From contig NZ_JANOJV010000175.1 in NCBI RefSeq assembly GCF_031418915.1, positions 1 to 24,000 of the forward strand: a stretch of 24,000 bases of DNA, given 5' to 3'. Positions 6,600 to 15,742 of this stretch are shown here, one piece after another. Made by a program: the position numbers and the translations under genes. Origin of the DNA: Chamaesiphon sp. VAR_48_metabat_135_sub (lineage in GTDB: Bacteria > Cyanobacteriota > Cyanobacteriia > Cyanobacteriales > Chamaesiphonaceae). Position 1 is the first letter of the stretch. Each line of letters begins with the position of its first letter. The notes under the pieces are model-generated. The model made no database searches. It was not told the DNA's origin and saw only the letters and a list, made by a program, of their open reading frames with translations.

Positions 6600-7110
6600 G
6601 CAAACTAGCACGATCGAACTCACATTATCTCTAGCATACCCACGATCGAATCAAACCATGGCTAGAGAATGCTGCGTCAGATTAAAAGATCGTATGATTT
6701 CTGCGCTGACTCTGACGATCGCGATTATAGTAGAAGCTGATATCGATCGAATATTTCTAACCCCTAAATCCTAATTAGCATGGAAAGCCAAGATTTGCTT
6801 CTATTAGTCGTATTACTCTGCCCAGGTTTGCTGTTATCGGTAACGATCATGCTGACTTTTGCTGCTGGTGGCTGAATTAGTCGCCGAACTGCGTTCTGCT
6901 ACGGATAGATTGATTGCTGTAAAAGTTAAAATGCTCGAATACCAACGACTGGGAGTAAGATTTGGCTCAACCTGTCGATTTTGGGGATAGACAGGTTGAG
7001 CTGTATCGTTTGGGTCGAGAAGTTGAGGCGATTCAATCCCCAGACGCTATTCATTGTGGTGATGTCCTACCCCGAATTTAGTAATCTCAGAAACCAACTT
7101 AACTGTACGC
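6600..7110 (+). pseudogene. Decayed Uma2-family (DUF820) endonuclease gene with multiple frameshifts and stops
   Basis: Pieces in three frames read like Uma2: IVEADIDRIFL; GKPRFASISRITLP...GNDHADF; VAELRSATDRLIAVKVKMLEYQRLGVRFG; DRQVELYRLGREVEAIQSPDAIHCGDVLP(EFSNL). Recognised from memory of the family pattern (PDxAxISxxRL ... APDLxVEIxSxSD ... KMxEYxxxGVxxGWLIDP ... VEIYR ... GEDVLPGF). Confidence 0.45.
6965..7001. repeat. Perfect 12-bp inverted repeat with a 13-nt loop
   Basis: GCTCAACCTGTC (6965-6976) and GACAGGTTGAGC (6990-7001), with loop GATTTTGGGGATA. It lies inside the Uma2 remnant, about 150 nt downstream of the TPR gene stop. Confidence 0.85.
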
Positions 7111-7150
7111 TCGCGCTTTCGCCAACACCCCTACAACTCCCCCAACTCCA

Positions 7151-10100
7151 TTACCAATCTCGCTGTGTCAAACCCCTAGCATGTTGATAGCAGTTTTCAG
7201 CTTCTTGCCACTGTTCGAGACTGCTGTAAACCCTACCCTTATTGAACCATAACTCTGGATTCTCCGGATCTAGTCCAGTGGCTTGCTCAAAGCTGAATAG
7301 GGCATTGTCGAGTCGATGGAGTTCGAGCAGACAATTTCCGCGACTATTCCAGGCGGCTGCTCGATCTGGGTCGAGGTTGAGGACGATTTCATAGTCAGCT
7401 AACGCCGCTTCAAATTCACGTCTCATCAGATGAATATTGCCCCGTCGAGACCAAGCGAGAATATATTCTGGGTCTAATCCTATCGATCGATCGAGACTAA
7501 CGATCGCGGCTTCTACTTGTCCTAGAGCTTGCTGGGCAATCGACTGTTTGTACCAAGTTGGGGCATCATCATCCCTAAGTTGAAGACTGGTCTGATAGCA
7601 CTGGAGAGCCTCAGGATACTGTTGGAGGTTGAGGTGGATTAAACCCTGGTTATTCCAGCCTGTGGGGTCTTGAGGGGCAACCTTGGTGGCTTGGCGATAA
7701 CTGTGGAGGGCACTTTCTAAGTTGCCGAGTTGAAAGAGGGCATTGCCGCGACCATTCCAGGCGTGATGCTCGGAGGAAGAAGCTCCAGTTACGAGCGTGC
7801 GCGATAAGGTCAGGGATCGATCGAAGCTAGCAACAGCGGCTTCCCATTGTTTGAGTTCGAGCAGAGCATTGCCTCGGTGATAATAGGCGTGGCTATCGTC
7901 GGGGTTGATAATCGCACAGTTGTCGTAACAGGCGATCGCATCTTCGTATTTTTGGAGATGAAATAAGGCGATGCCCCGATCGATCCACACGAGGGGATCT
8001 TGGGGATTGACACTGACACTTTGCTCGTAACATGCTAGTGCTTCCTGCCAACAGCCCAGTTGTTTGAGAGAGATCGCTCTACCATTCCAGGCATTGGCAT
8101 CGTGAGGATGGATTTCCAAGCTCTGCTCGTGGGAATGGGCGGCTTCTTCATAACGGTGGAGGTGGAATAGAGCCTTACCCCGATTGTGCCAGCTTTGGTA
8201 GAACAGGGGTTGTAATTTTAAAGCTTTGTCATAACTATCGATCGCCTCCTCATAGCGTTTGAGCGATCCGAGGACGTTACCATGATTGTTCCAGATATAA
8301 TAATCTTCTGGCTCGATCTGTAGTGCGCGTTCGTAGCTATCGAGGGCGCGTTCTCTGTGTCCTAATTGGAATAGCAGATTTCCCTGTTGATACCAAGCTG
8401 GAGCGTAGTCTGGATCTAGTTCCAAACAGCGTTTGTAGCTGTCAAGATTCTCGGTTGTGTCGGTCTGGATCTGAAACTGGACTTGTCCGCGTTGGTACCA
8501 AGCCAGGGCAAAATTGGGATCGGACTCAATTGCTTTGTTGTAACTAGCTAGAGCATCTTCCCAGCGTTCCAAGTGACTGAGTAAATGACCGCGATGGTAA
8601 TATGTATCGGATCGATCGGGTTCTAGCTCCAGTGCTTGACGATAGGCATTTAGAGCCGCGACAAATTCGCCTTGATGGTATTGAGCCTGTCCCAATAGGT
8701 GCCAACTTCTCGCCCGCTCTGGCTGAATTTCGGTGGCTGTTTGAAGGCTATCTACAGCGGTATTGTAATCGCGTAGCTCGATCGAGATGCGTCCATGTTG
8801 TTCCCAAACGTTGGCATTGTTGGGATCGAGTTCGATGGCTTGACAGCAGGATATCAGTGCAGTTTCCCATTCGCCTTGAGCGGCTTGAACTTGGCTTTGG
8901 TTGAAGAAGATCGATGAGTGATTTTGAGGATCGAGACTCAGAGCGCGCTCATAGCAAGCATCAGCACCTTCCCAGCGGTCAAGTCCGGCTAGGGCTAAAC
9001 CTTTGGCATACCAGGCTGCTGGTGCATTTTCATCCAATTCAAGGGCTTTGTCATAGCAGGCGAGAGCTTCTTCCCAGCGTTGTAACTGGGATAGAACGTG
9101 CCCGTGGCTATAGCAGAGATCGTAACTGGGAGAGGTTAAGATGGTGACTCGTTCGTAACAAATTGCCGCACGTTCCCATTCCTGCAATTGTTGGAGAGCC
9201 TTGCCTTGACGATACCAGGCTTCGACACGATCGGGTTGGAGACTCGTTACCTGTTGGTAAGCATAGACAGATTCGGCTAATTCGGCTAATTGCCAGAGTA
9301 AATTGCCCAATCCATACCAGGTATCGGGATCTTGGGGGTGAAATTCGATCGCCCGCTCGTAGGCTCCTCGCGCAGCTTCGGTATCGCCGATTTGGGTTAA
9401 TTCTTTGCCCAAATTATGCCAAGCGGGATGATAGTTGGGTTGAATTTCGATCGCTTTGCGGTAGCTGTCGATCGCTTGGTCTGGTTGACCCAAATGTGCT
9501 AAGGTGAGGCCGCGATCGTTCCAACTGTGGCAATCTTGAGGATTGAGTTCGAGGGCGCGGTCGTAAACATCCAGTGCTGCGGAATAGCGTTGGAGTTTGA
9601 GCAGAGTTTTGCCTTGAAGGTACCAAACAGTCGCCGCATTCTTGTTAATTTTCACAGCTTGCTGATAGCTGTAGAGCGCATCTTCCCATTGTTCTAGGTG
9701 GGAGTAAGCATAGCCGCGTTGATACCAACAATCGAAGCTATTGGGCGCGATCGCTAGGGCTGCATCGTAGCTAGCAATTGCCTCAGGATAGCGGTTAAGC
9801 TTGAATAGTGACTGTCCTTTGCCCTGAATGGCGGGGGCGAAGTTTGGCTCCATGGAGATCGCTCGCTCGTAATTGAGCAGGGCGTATTCATATCTACCTA
9901 ATTCCGAGAGCGCGTTACCGCGTTCGTACCAGGCTTCGTGAAAATTGGAGTTAATCGCGATCGCTCGATCGTAACTTTCTAATGCCGAGCTATACTCTTT
10001 TTGCAATCCTTGGACGATGCCATAACTATGCCAGATTGCCGGATCTTTAGACCTCAGTTTTAGCGTTTGCTCTAGACTGGAAATTGCTTCACAATACTGT

Positions 10101-12142
10101 CCAAGTTCGGCAAAAGTTTTACCGCGCTCGTACCACGGTTCATAGTTTTCGGGGTGGAGGGCGATCGATCGATTGTAGCAGTCTAGAGCTTCCTGCTGTT
10201 GACCTAACGCTGCACAAGCCTGACCCCGACTGTGCCAGGTGTAGGCTTCTTCTGGCTGATAACTCAGAGCTTTATCGTAACTGACGATCGCCTCAGCATA
10301 GTTACCCTGATGCGCCAATGTCATCCCCTGATTGTACCAAGCGGGATAAAATTCGGGATTGAGTTTGAGGGTATGATTGTAGCTACTAATTGCCTCGTCG
10401 TATCTACCTAAATGAAACAGCACGAAGCCTAGATTATTCCAGGCTTGGTGGTAATCTGGCTTGAGCTTGAGAGTTTGGTCGTAACAACCCAAAGCTTGCT
10501 CGTACTTACTCAGGTGAAATAATGCCATCCCTTTGTTGTACCAAGCTTGATGAAATTGGGGGTTGAGCTTAATCGTGCGATCGTAACTGACGATTGCGGC
10601 ATCATAGCGGTGGAGATGAAATTGGGCTACACCCAAGTTATTCCAAGCCGTATAAAAATCTGGGTGCAGCCTAGTCGCTTGTTCATATGCATTAATTGCC
10701 GACTCAAACTTACCGAGTTTGAATAGGGTTTTGCCCTGATTATTCCAAGCATCACTATGATTGGAGTCGAGTTGGGTGGCTTTCCGATAGCAGTCGAGTG
10801 CGTGTTCGTACCGTCCCAGTTGGAACATTGCCTTACCGCGATTATTCCAAGTTTCGGCATCTTTGGGCAAAAGTGTGGTAGCCTGGGTGTAGCAATTAAG
10901 AGCTTCTTGAGGTCGATCGAGCTGCGACAGGATATTACCGCGATTCGTCCAACCTTCAGCTAATTGGGGCTGTAACTTGGTCACGACTTCATATTTGCGG
11001 AGTGCGGTTTCCAATTCGCCCAGATGGAACAGAATATTGCCACAGTGATTCCAGGCTTGATAAAAGTCTGGTTGCAGTTGGGTAACTCTAGTATAAGCTT
11101 TGAGAGCTGCCTCAAAATCACCTAGGAAAAATAATACTTTGCCCTGATTGTACCAAGCTGCTTGAAAATCGGGGGCGATATCGATCGCGCAGCGGTAACA
11201 TCTTAGTGCATCTTGAAAACTTTTTTGCTCGAAGTGGGCAACGCCCAAGTTATTCCAAGCTTGAGAGAATTGCGAATCGAGTTCTGTTGCCTTCTGATAG
11301 GCATGAATTGCTGGTGTGAGCTTATTTAATTGAAATAATACCTGACCTTGATTATTCCAAGCAAATCGATCGCTCGGATCGATCTGCAAACTCTGTTCGT
11401 AACAACTAGCGGCTGCTTGCAGGTGTCCGATCTGAAACAATAACCAGCCCTTATTTGACAGGGTTAGACTATCATCTGGCTTGAGTTCTAGTGCCCGATC
11501 GTAAGCCGATAGTGCTGCATCATACTGTTGTAGCTCGAATAGAGCGCGTCCCTTTTGATAAAGCGCGAACCGCTCATCAGGATGGATCTCGATCGCTCGA
11601 TCGCAGCTCCTAATTGTTTCTTGGTAACGCCCGAGTTGAAATAGCACCCAGCCTCGATTTGCCCAAGCTTCAGCATCTTCAGGCTGGAGATCGATCGCTC
11701 GATCGTAAGCAGTGAAGGCTTCCTCCCATCTTCTCAGCCCAACCAAAACCCAACCTAAACTTGCCCACACTTCTTGCCTGTGGGGTTGTAGCTCGATTGT
11801 CTTATTATAGCAAGCTAAGGCAACATCCAGTTTCCCTGCATTACGATACAAGTTTCCCTGACTGTACCAAGCTTCTGGGTCATCTGTGGCCACGGGAGGA
11901 GTTAGGTATTCGGACTCAGTTAGAAAATCTTGTTTCATTATCTCATGTTCGGCGATTGCTGTCGCAGATGAATCTCCATTTGGGAGAGATCCATTTAGCC
12001 GATCGGCTAAATATTGGGTCGCAGAGACAGATTCACCCGACGATCGACCACGATTTATTGGTGGAATTGCTCCAACAGAAACTCGTTCTTCGATTTGGGC
12101 TGCTTTTTTCTTGTTACTACTGCTCCAAAATTTACTCAGCAT
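7151..12142 (-). CDS. Giant tetratricopeptide-repeat protein (about 1660 aa, roughly 46 consecutive 34-aa TPR units)
   Basis: An uninterrupted 34-residue periodicity with the TPR consensus (W..xG.xL..LGRYEEAL..Y.KAL.L.P....AW.N) runs from about residue 100 to the C-terminus. The N-terminal ~100 aa are Ser/Gly-rich and non-repetitive. ATG at 12142 is preferred over the TTG at 12154 given in the ORF track. Confidence 0.9.
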   Translation of the reverse strand: MLSKFWSSSNKKKAAQIEERVSVGAIPPINRGRSSGESVSATQYLADRLNGSLPNGDSSATAIAEHEIMKQDFLTESEYLTPPVATDDPEAWYSQGNLYRNAGKLDVALACYNKTIELQPHRQEVWASLGWVLVGLRRWEEAFTAYDRAIDLQPEDAEAWANRGWVLFQLGRYQETIRSCDRAIEIHPDERFALYQKGRALFELQQYDAALSAYDRALELKPDDSLTLSNKGWLLFQIGHLQAAASCYEQSLQIDPSDRFAWNNQGQVLFQLNKLTPAIHAYQKATELDSQFSQAWNNLGVAHFEQKSFQDALRCYRCAIDIAPDFQAAWYNQGKVLFFLGDFEAALKAYTRVTQLQPDFYQAWNHCGNILFHLGELETALRKYEVVTKLQPQLAEGWTNRGNILSQLDRPQEALNCYTQATTLLPKDAETWNNRGKAMFQLGRYEHALDCYRKATQLDSNHSDAWNNQGKTLFKLGKFESAINAYEQATRLHPDFYTAWNNLGVAQFHLHRYDAAIVSYDRTIKLNPQFHQAWYNKGMALFHLSKYEQALGCYDQTLKLKPDYHQAWNNLGFVLFHLGRYDEAISSYNHTLKLNPEFYPAWYNQGMTLAHQGNYAEAIVSYDKALSYQPEEAYTWHSRGQACAALGQQQEALDCYNRSIALHPENYEPWYERGKTFAELGQYCEAISSLEQTLKLRSKDPAIWHSYGIVQGLQKEYSSALESYDRAIAINSNFHEAWYERGNALSELGRYEYALLNYERAISMEPNFAPAIQGKGQSLFKLNRYPEAIASYDAALAIAPNSFDCWYQRGYAYSHLEQWEDALYSYQQAVKINKNAATVWYLQGKTLLKLQRYSAALDVYDRALELNPQDCHSWNDRGLTLAHLGQPDQAIDSYRKAIEIQPNYHPAWHNLGKELTQIGDTEAARGAYERAIEFHPQDPDTWYGLGNLLWQLAELAESVYAYQQVTSLQPDRVEAWYRQGKALQQLQEWERAAICYERVTILTSPSYDLCYSHGHVLSQLQRWEEALACYDKALELDENAPAAWYAKGLALAGLDRWEGADACYERALSLDPQNHSSIFFNQSQVQAAQGEWETALISCCQAIELDPNNANVWEQHGRISIELRDYNTAVDSLQTATEIQPERARSWHLLGQAQYHQGEFVAALNAYRQALELEPDRSDTYYHRGHLLSHLERWEDALASYNKAIESDPNFALAWYQRGQVQFQIQTDTTENLDSYKRCLELDPDYAPAWYQQGNLLFQLGHRERALDSYERALQIEPEDYYIWNNHGNVLGSLKRYEEAIDSYDKALKLQPLFYQSWHNRGKALFHLHRYEEAAHSHEQSLEIHPHDANAWNGRAISLKQLGCWQEALACYEQSVSVNPQDPLVWIDRGIALFHLQKYEDAIACYDNCAIINPDDSHAYYHRGNALLELKQWEAAVASFDRSLTLSRTLVTGASSSEHHAWNGRGNALFQLGNLESALHSYRQATKVAPQDPTGWNNQGLIHLNLQQYPEALQCYQTSLQLRDDDAPTWYKQSIAQQALGQVEAAIVSLDRSIGLDPEYILAWSRRGNIHLMRREFEAALADYEIVLNLDPDRAAAWNSRGNCLLELHRLDNALFSFEQATGLDPENPELWFNKGRVYSSLEQWQEAENCYQHARGLTQRDW

Positions 12143-12591
12143 AATTGGTTTCAAAGATGTTCAAAAGACTTCAAAGGTAAAAAATCTCGCGCAGTTTATG
12201 TATCGAAAGTGTAACGTTGACGAAATATTGACTTGGGTGCTGAAGATCGTCTGAATTATTGACGAAAGTAAGTAAAAATCGATGGATGTAGCTAGAGAGT
12301 TACAAGCCATACGCTGGAATGAGTTGAGTGCATTTAGAGTCTAACTGGTCTCAATTCAATTTTTTGTTACTTTGGCAACTTATTTCAATGTATAAAAAAG
12401 GTATCTCCACCAGACATAATCTATGGACTAGTGCCGAATTTCACCAAACTTAAATTAAAGTGAATTATATGGCACAAACACACTAAATTGTCATAATCTC
12501 CTACAAACGATCCAAAAAGACTAGTCTCAGGATTATTCAAGAGGGGTTAGAAATGAGTCTCGATTGTTGCGGGTACAACGATCTCCATCAA

Positions 12592-12849
12592 TTAGCCGTC
12601 TATTTCCCAAGAATTGTAACGATCGGCATAATAGCGGAGTAATCGATCGACCCGAATTTTATCCAGATCTGTCAGTCGATCGGCACCCGTAATTTCTAGA
12701 CCGCCTAACTGACTCTCTGTATAGCTAAATACCCTATCGATCGGCTCTAAAAAAGTTACTGTTATTCCCTCAATTTGCTGCAAGTGAGCGGCTACCTCTC
12801 GGTATACAGCCAGAGGCATTTGGTGGTTGGAGATTGTGAATGTTGGCAT
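12592..12849 (-). CDS. Hypothetical protein, 85 aa
   Basis: Non-repetitive ORF with an ATG start and host-like CGATCG density (4 sites in 258 nt). I recognise no family. Confidence 0.45.
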   Translation of the reverse strand: MPTFTISNHQMPLAVYREVAAHLQQIEGITVTFLEPIDRVFSYTESQLGGLEITGADRLTDLDKIRVDRLLRYYADRYNSWEIDG

Positions 12850-12915
12850 GGGTGTGGGGTGTGGGGTGTGGGGTGTGGGGTGTGGGGGCGTGGGGGTGTG
12901 GGGGTGTGGGGGTGT
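12850..12915 (+). repeat. G-rich tandem repeat: GGGTGT, (GGGGTGT)x4, GGGGGCGT, (GGGGGTGT)x3
   Basis: Read directly. There are nine consecutive G runs of 3-5 G separated by TGT or CGT. The tract abuts the start codon (12847-12849) of the 85-aa minus-strand ORF. Confidence 0.95.
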
Positions 12916-12980
12916 TTCTTACTCCCCTACACCCTTTACGGTGGTACAGCCTACCCCCTTACTCCCCTACTCTCTACCCT

Positions 12981-14123
12981 CTATTTCAACAACACCTGCG
13001 CGGCAGCAGCAACACCAGCACCAGGTGTAAACCCAGTATGACCGAGTTCTAATAAGGTGGCTTCGAGGGCTGCCAGGGCGGTGAGGATATCGCGATCGCA
13101 AACGAAGCCTAAATGACCGATTCTAAAGATTTTACCTTTGAGGTCATCCTGACCGCCAGCTAGGACAATATCAAATTTCTTTTTCATCACACTGCGAATC
13201 TGCTCCGCTGCTACTGAGGAAACAGCCGTAATTGCGGGGCTACCATGTCCTTCAGGCGCGTAGAGAGTCAACCCCATCGCCGTAACTGCGGCGCGGGAGG
13301 CGTGCATATGCCGCTGGTGACGTGCGAAAATGTTTTCTAGTCCTTCAGCCTTCATCATCGTTAAGGCAGCTTGGAGAGCGAAAATCAGGTTAACTGGAGG
13401 TGTAAATGGAGTGGTGTTTTTAGCTGCACCTTTGCTATATTTGCCCAAGTCCATGTAGTAGCGAGGTAATTTAGCTACTTTATAAGCTTCCCATGCCTTG
13501 GGGCTAACGGTAACGAAACCTAAACCAGGCGGAATCATAAAGCCTTTCTGGGAACCAGAACAAACGACATCTAAACCCCAACTATCGATCGGCACATTTA
13601 CTGCACCCATACTAGTCACGGCATCGACGATAATTAGGGCACCATGTGCTTTAACATGTGTAGAAATAGTTTCGAGGTCATTAATGACTCCAGTAGAAGT
13701 CTCACTATGAGTGACGATGACACCTTTAATTGCTTTAGCCGTATCGGCATCTAAAGCCGACTTTACCCCATTTGGATCGATCGGTTGACCCCAGGGTGCA
13801 GTTACTTCTACAACATCTAGGGCGAATGCGTTAGCAACTTCCGCCCAACGTTCGCCAAACTTACCATTATGAACGACTAAGACTCGATCGCCAGGACTGA
13901 AGAAATTAATAATCCCTGCTTCCATTGCGCCCGTACCGGAAACAGTCAACATCAGTACATCATGCTCAGTTTGGTGCAACCACTTGAGATTAGCCGTGAC
14001 ATCTGCCATAATTTGACTAAACTCACCACTCCGATGGCCGATCGGGTGTTTGGCTAGAGCTAATAAAACATTCTCTGGCACTGGTGTAGGCCCAGGAATC
14101 ATCAACATTAATTTGTTTTCCAC
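12981..14123 (-). CDS. Class V aminotransferase, alanine-glyoxylate/serine-pyruvate aminotransferase family (the cyanobacterial 'soluble hydrogenase 42 kDa subunit' type)
   Basis: KLMLMIPGPTPVPENVLLALAKHPIGHRSGEF, THSETSTGV, IVDAVTS and SGSQKG (PLP lysine) closely follow the Anabaena/Synechococcus 42-kDa protein as I remember it. GTG at 14123 gives (M)ENKLMLMIPGP. The ORF-track start at 14174 is a TTG that adds 17 aa. Confidence 0.85.
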   Translation of the reverse strand: MENKLMLMIPGPTPVPENVLLALAKHPIGHRSGEFSQIMADVTANLKWLHQTEHDVLMLTVSGTGAMEAGIINFFSPGDRVLVVHNGKFGERWAEVANAFALDVVEVTAPWGQPIDPNGVKSALDADTAKAIKGVIVTHSETSTGVINDLETISTHVKAHGALIIVDAVTSMGAVNVPIDSWGLDVVCSGSQKGFMIPPGLGFVTVSPKAWEAYKVAKLPRYYMDLGKYSKGAAKNTTPFTPPVNLIFALQAALTMMKAEGLENIFARHQRHMHASRAAVTAMGLTLYAPEGHGSPAITAVSSVAAEQIRSVMKKKFDIVLAGGQDDLKGKIFRIGHLGFVCDRDILTALAALEATLLELGHTGFTPGAGVAAAAQVLLK

Positions 14124-14366
14124 GATCTTTAAATCCCGTTTAAAATAATAGTCAAACTTACGAGCTAGACTCAATCCGCTATTCCAGATGCAAAGTCTAA
14201 CTCAATTTGCAGAACGTCAATTCTAGCTCAAGACCAGCCAATGCCGCTAGGGGTGTGGTTCACGATCGGCAATTTGGACGAGCCTCAGTAATTAAATTTT
14301 GGCGTTCGGGATTGGGCAAGAGGAACGCTAATTTTTATCAGAAGTACAGAATAACGCCTAAATCTC

Positions 14367-14855
14367 CTAACCCCCATTCCCTCGCTCCAAGTACTTCAAA
14401 CCAGTTAGGATCGAGATTGTCATCACAGTTGCCACGATCGCCAATTTCCACAACCCACAGCCAGCGATGACTCCAATCGCCGCAGTTACCCAGATCGAAG
14501 CCGCCGAAGTTAAACCTGTCACTCGAATCGGTGTATCTTGATGAGCAGATGTCGCTGTATGGAGGATTTCCCCAGCACCCAAAAATCCTACACCAGCAGC
14601 AATTCCTTGGACAATTCGACCTAGACTATCAATATCTGTGCGATTCTCATACTGAGAGGCTGTGCCAATGACTAAAGCTATGGGCACAATGGTAAAGAGT
14701 GCCGCTCCCAAACTAACTAGCATATGGGTTCTCAGTCCGCCAGCCTTGTGGTGAATGTATCGATCTAAACCAATCGATCCACCAGCAACAATTGCTATAC
14801 TCAATCGGATAGTGAGATCGAGCAAATTGCTGTCGCTCAGAATAGGTGTATCCAT
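14367..14855 (-). CDS. MgtC/SapB family membrane protein
   Basis: RLSIAIVAGGSIGLDRYIHHKAGGLRTHMLVSLGAALF matches the MgtC signature (GxER...AGxRTHxLVxxGxxLF). It is a multi-TM protein of 162 aa. Confidence 0.8.
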   Translation of the reverse strand: MDTPILSDSNLLDLTIRLSIAIVAGGSIGLDRYIHHKAGGLRTHMLVSLGAALFTIVPIALVIGTASQYENRTDIDSLGRIVQGIAAGVGFLGAGEILHTATSAHQDTPIRVTGLTSAASIWVTAAIGVIAGCGLWKLAIVATVMTISILTGLKYLERGNGG

Positions 14856-14929
14856 AGGGTCTGTTTTGAGGATATCATGGCATCATGTTAATGGTATATA
14901 GTAGTAACCTTTGATCACAAAAAAATGTT

Positions 14930-15397
14930 ATGACAAATAATCTTATTCCTTATGATTGTGGTGACGACGATGTTATTGCCTTTGGTGAGGCAATGTTTCG
15001 TTCTGGTAAGCTAAAAAAGGCGATCGGGCAATCTTTTGATGGTTCGGTTGGTAGAGCGATCGATCAGAAACTACGACAGCATGGTTTAGAGATTCCGATT
15101 CGGATGATCGGTTCGACACGTTTAGCAAACGAACATTGTCAATGGTTCGATGAAGGTATTAGTTGTGAAATTCTCGATCTTGCTACCCGTCGTTGGTGTA
15201 AAGGTAAAGTTCGGGTGAAAGTTGCTGTTGAATTTTATGTAGAAGATCCAGAAGAAAAAATGTTATTACCAGGCGATTCAACAATCCGCGACCGCAATTC
15301 GCCACCAGCATCGCTCCGCGAACGGGAAGATCCATCCGCTGATGAGTATGTCAATAGTGAATATGTATTCACTGGTATTCATCATAACGGTCAATAG
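14930..15397 (+). CDS. KGK domain-containing protein (cyanobacteria-restricted family)
   Basis: CQWFDEGISCEILDLATRRWCKGKVRVKVAVEF contains the eponymous KGK motif in the expected context. The C-terminal tail is acidic. Confidence 0.55.
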   Translation: MTNNLIPYDCGDDDVIAFGEAMFRSGKLKKAIGQSFDGSVGRAIDQKLRQHGLEIPIRMIGSTRLANEHCQWFDEGISCEILDLATRRWCKGKVRVKVAVEFYVEDPEEKMLLPGDSTIRDRNSPPASLREREDPSADEYVNSEYVFTGIHHNGQ

Positions 15398-15553
15398 ATT
15401 TTATCAATTATGAATTATGAGTTATAGATATCTACGGTAGATCGATCGATATAATTAAATATAAAATCTTTCACAATATCAACACTCAAGTTCTACTAAG
15501 AATTTGGGTGTTTTGCGTTGAGAAGACAATTACGATCGACGATACATTCCCTC

Positions 15554-15742
15554 TTATTTTAATACATACACGATCGCCTGATAATAAGGCTGATATTTAA
15601 CATCGTTATCTGTGCAACTATAATAATGAATCAACTTATCGATCTCATCATCAGACAGTGGTAGCTCTAATTCTGGATCGTCATAGATACTCCCGATCGC
15701 ACCTTTTCTTAATCCTTGCAACTTATCAATATTTAATCTCAT
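15554..15742 (-). CDS. Hypothetical protein, 62 aa
   Basis: ATG-initiated ORF in an otherwise empty 550-nt gap. I recognise no family. Confidence 0.3.
   Translation of the reverse strand: MRLNIDKLQGLRKGAIGSIYDDPELELPLSDDEIDKLIHYYSCTDNDVKYQPYYQAIVYVLK

Larger units (their letters stand above)
6330..6607 (+). ncRNA. Predicted omega RNA (reRNA) scaffold overlapping the tnpB 3' end plus about 16 nt of guide beyond the right end
   Basis: Placed by analogy with characterised TnpB elements. The region holds structured hairpins at 6358-6373, 6418-6453 and 6547-6582, and the element ends at ...GAGTATGTCAA. The 5' boundary is a guess. Confidence 0.3.

Noticed and set aside
6780-6875. A 31-aa hydrophobic ORF (MESQDLLLLVVLLCPGLLLSVTIMLTFAAGG) that looks like a small membrane peptide or type I toxin
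   Set aside because: It is an out-of-frame read through the decayed Uma2 pseudogene. The neighbouring frame gives GKPRFASISRITLP...GNDHADF. It matches no small photosynthetic subunit that I know.
7810-12254. Numerous 60-127-aa ORFs on both strands inside the TPR gene
   Set aside because: All are nested within or antisense to the 5-kb TPR ORF, have Arg/Ser/Leu-rich compositions, and show no motifs. They are typical shadow ORFs.
12850-12915. Possible CRISPR array or telomere-like element
   Set aside because: The units are 7-8 nt and contiguous, with no spacers, and no cas genes are present. It is a simple tandem repeat. The same reasoning applies to 20571-20605 and 4894-4914.
12775-13052. Three overlapping plus-strand ORFs encoding GVWGVGCGVWG-type peptides
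   Set aside because: They are translations of the G-rich tandem repeat and of the antisense strand of the aminotransferase 3' end. They are not genes.
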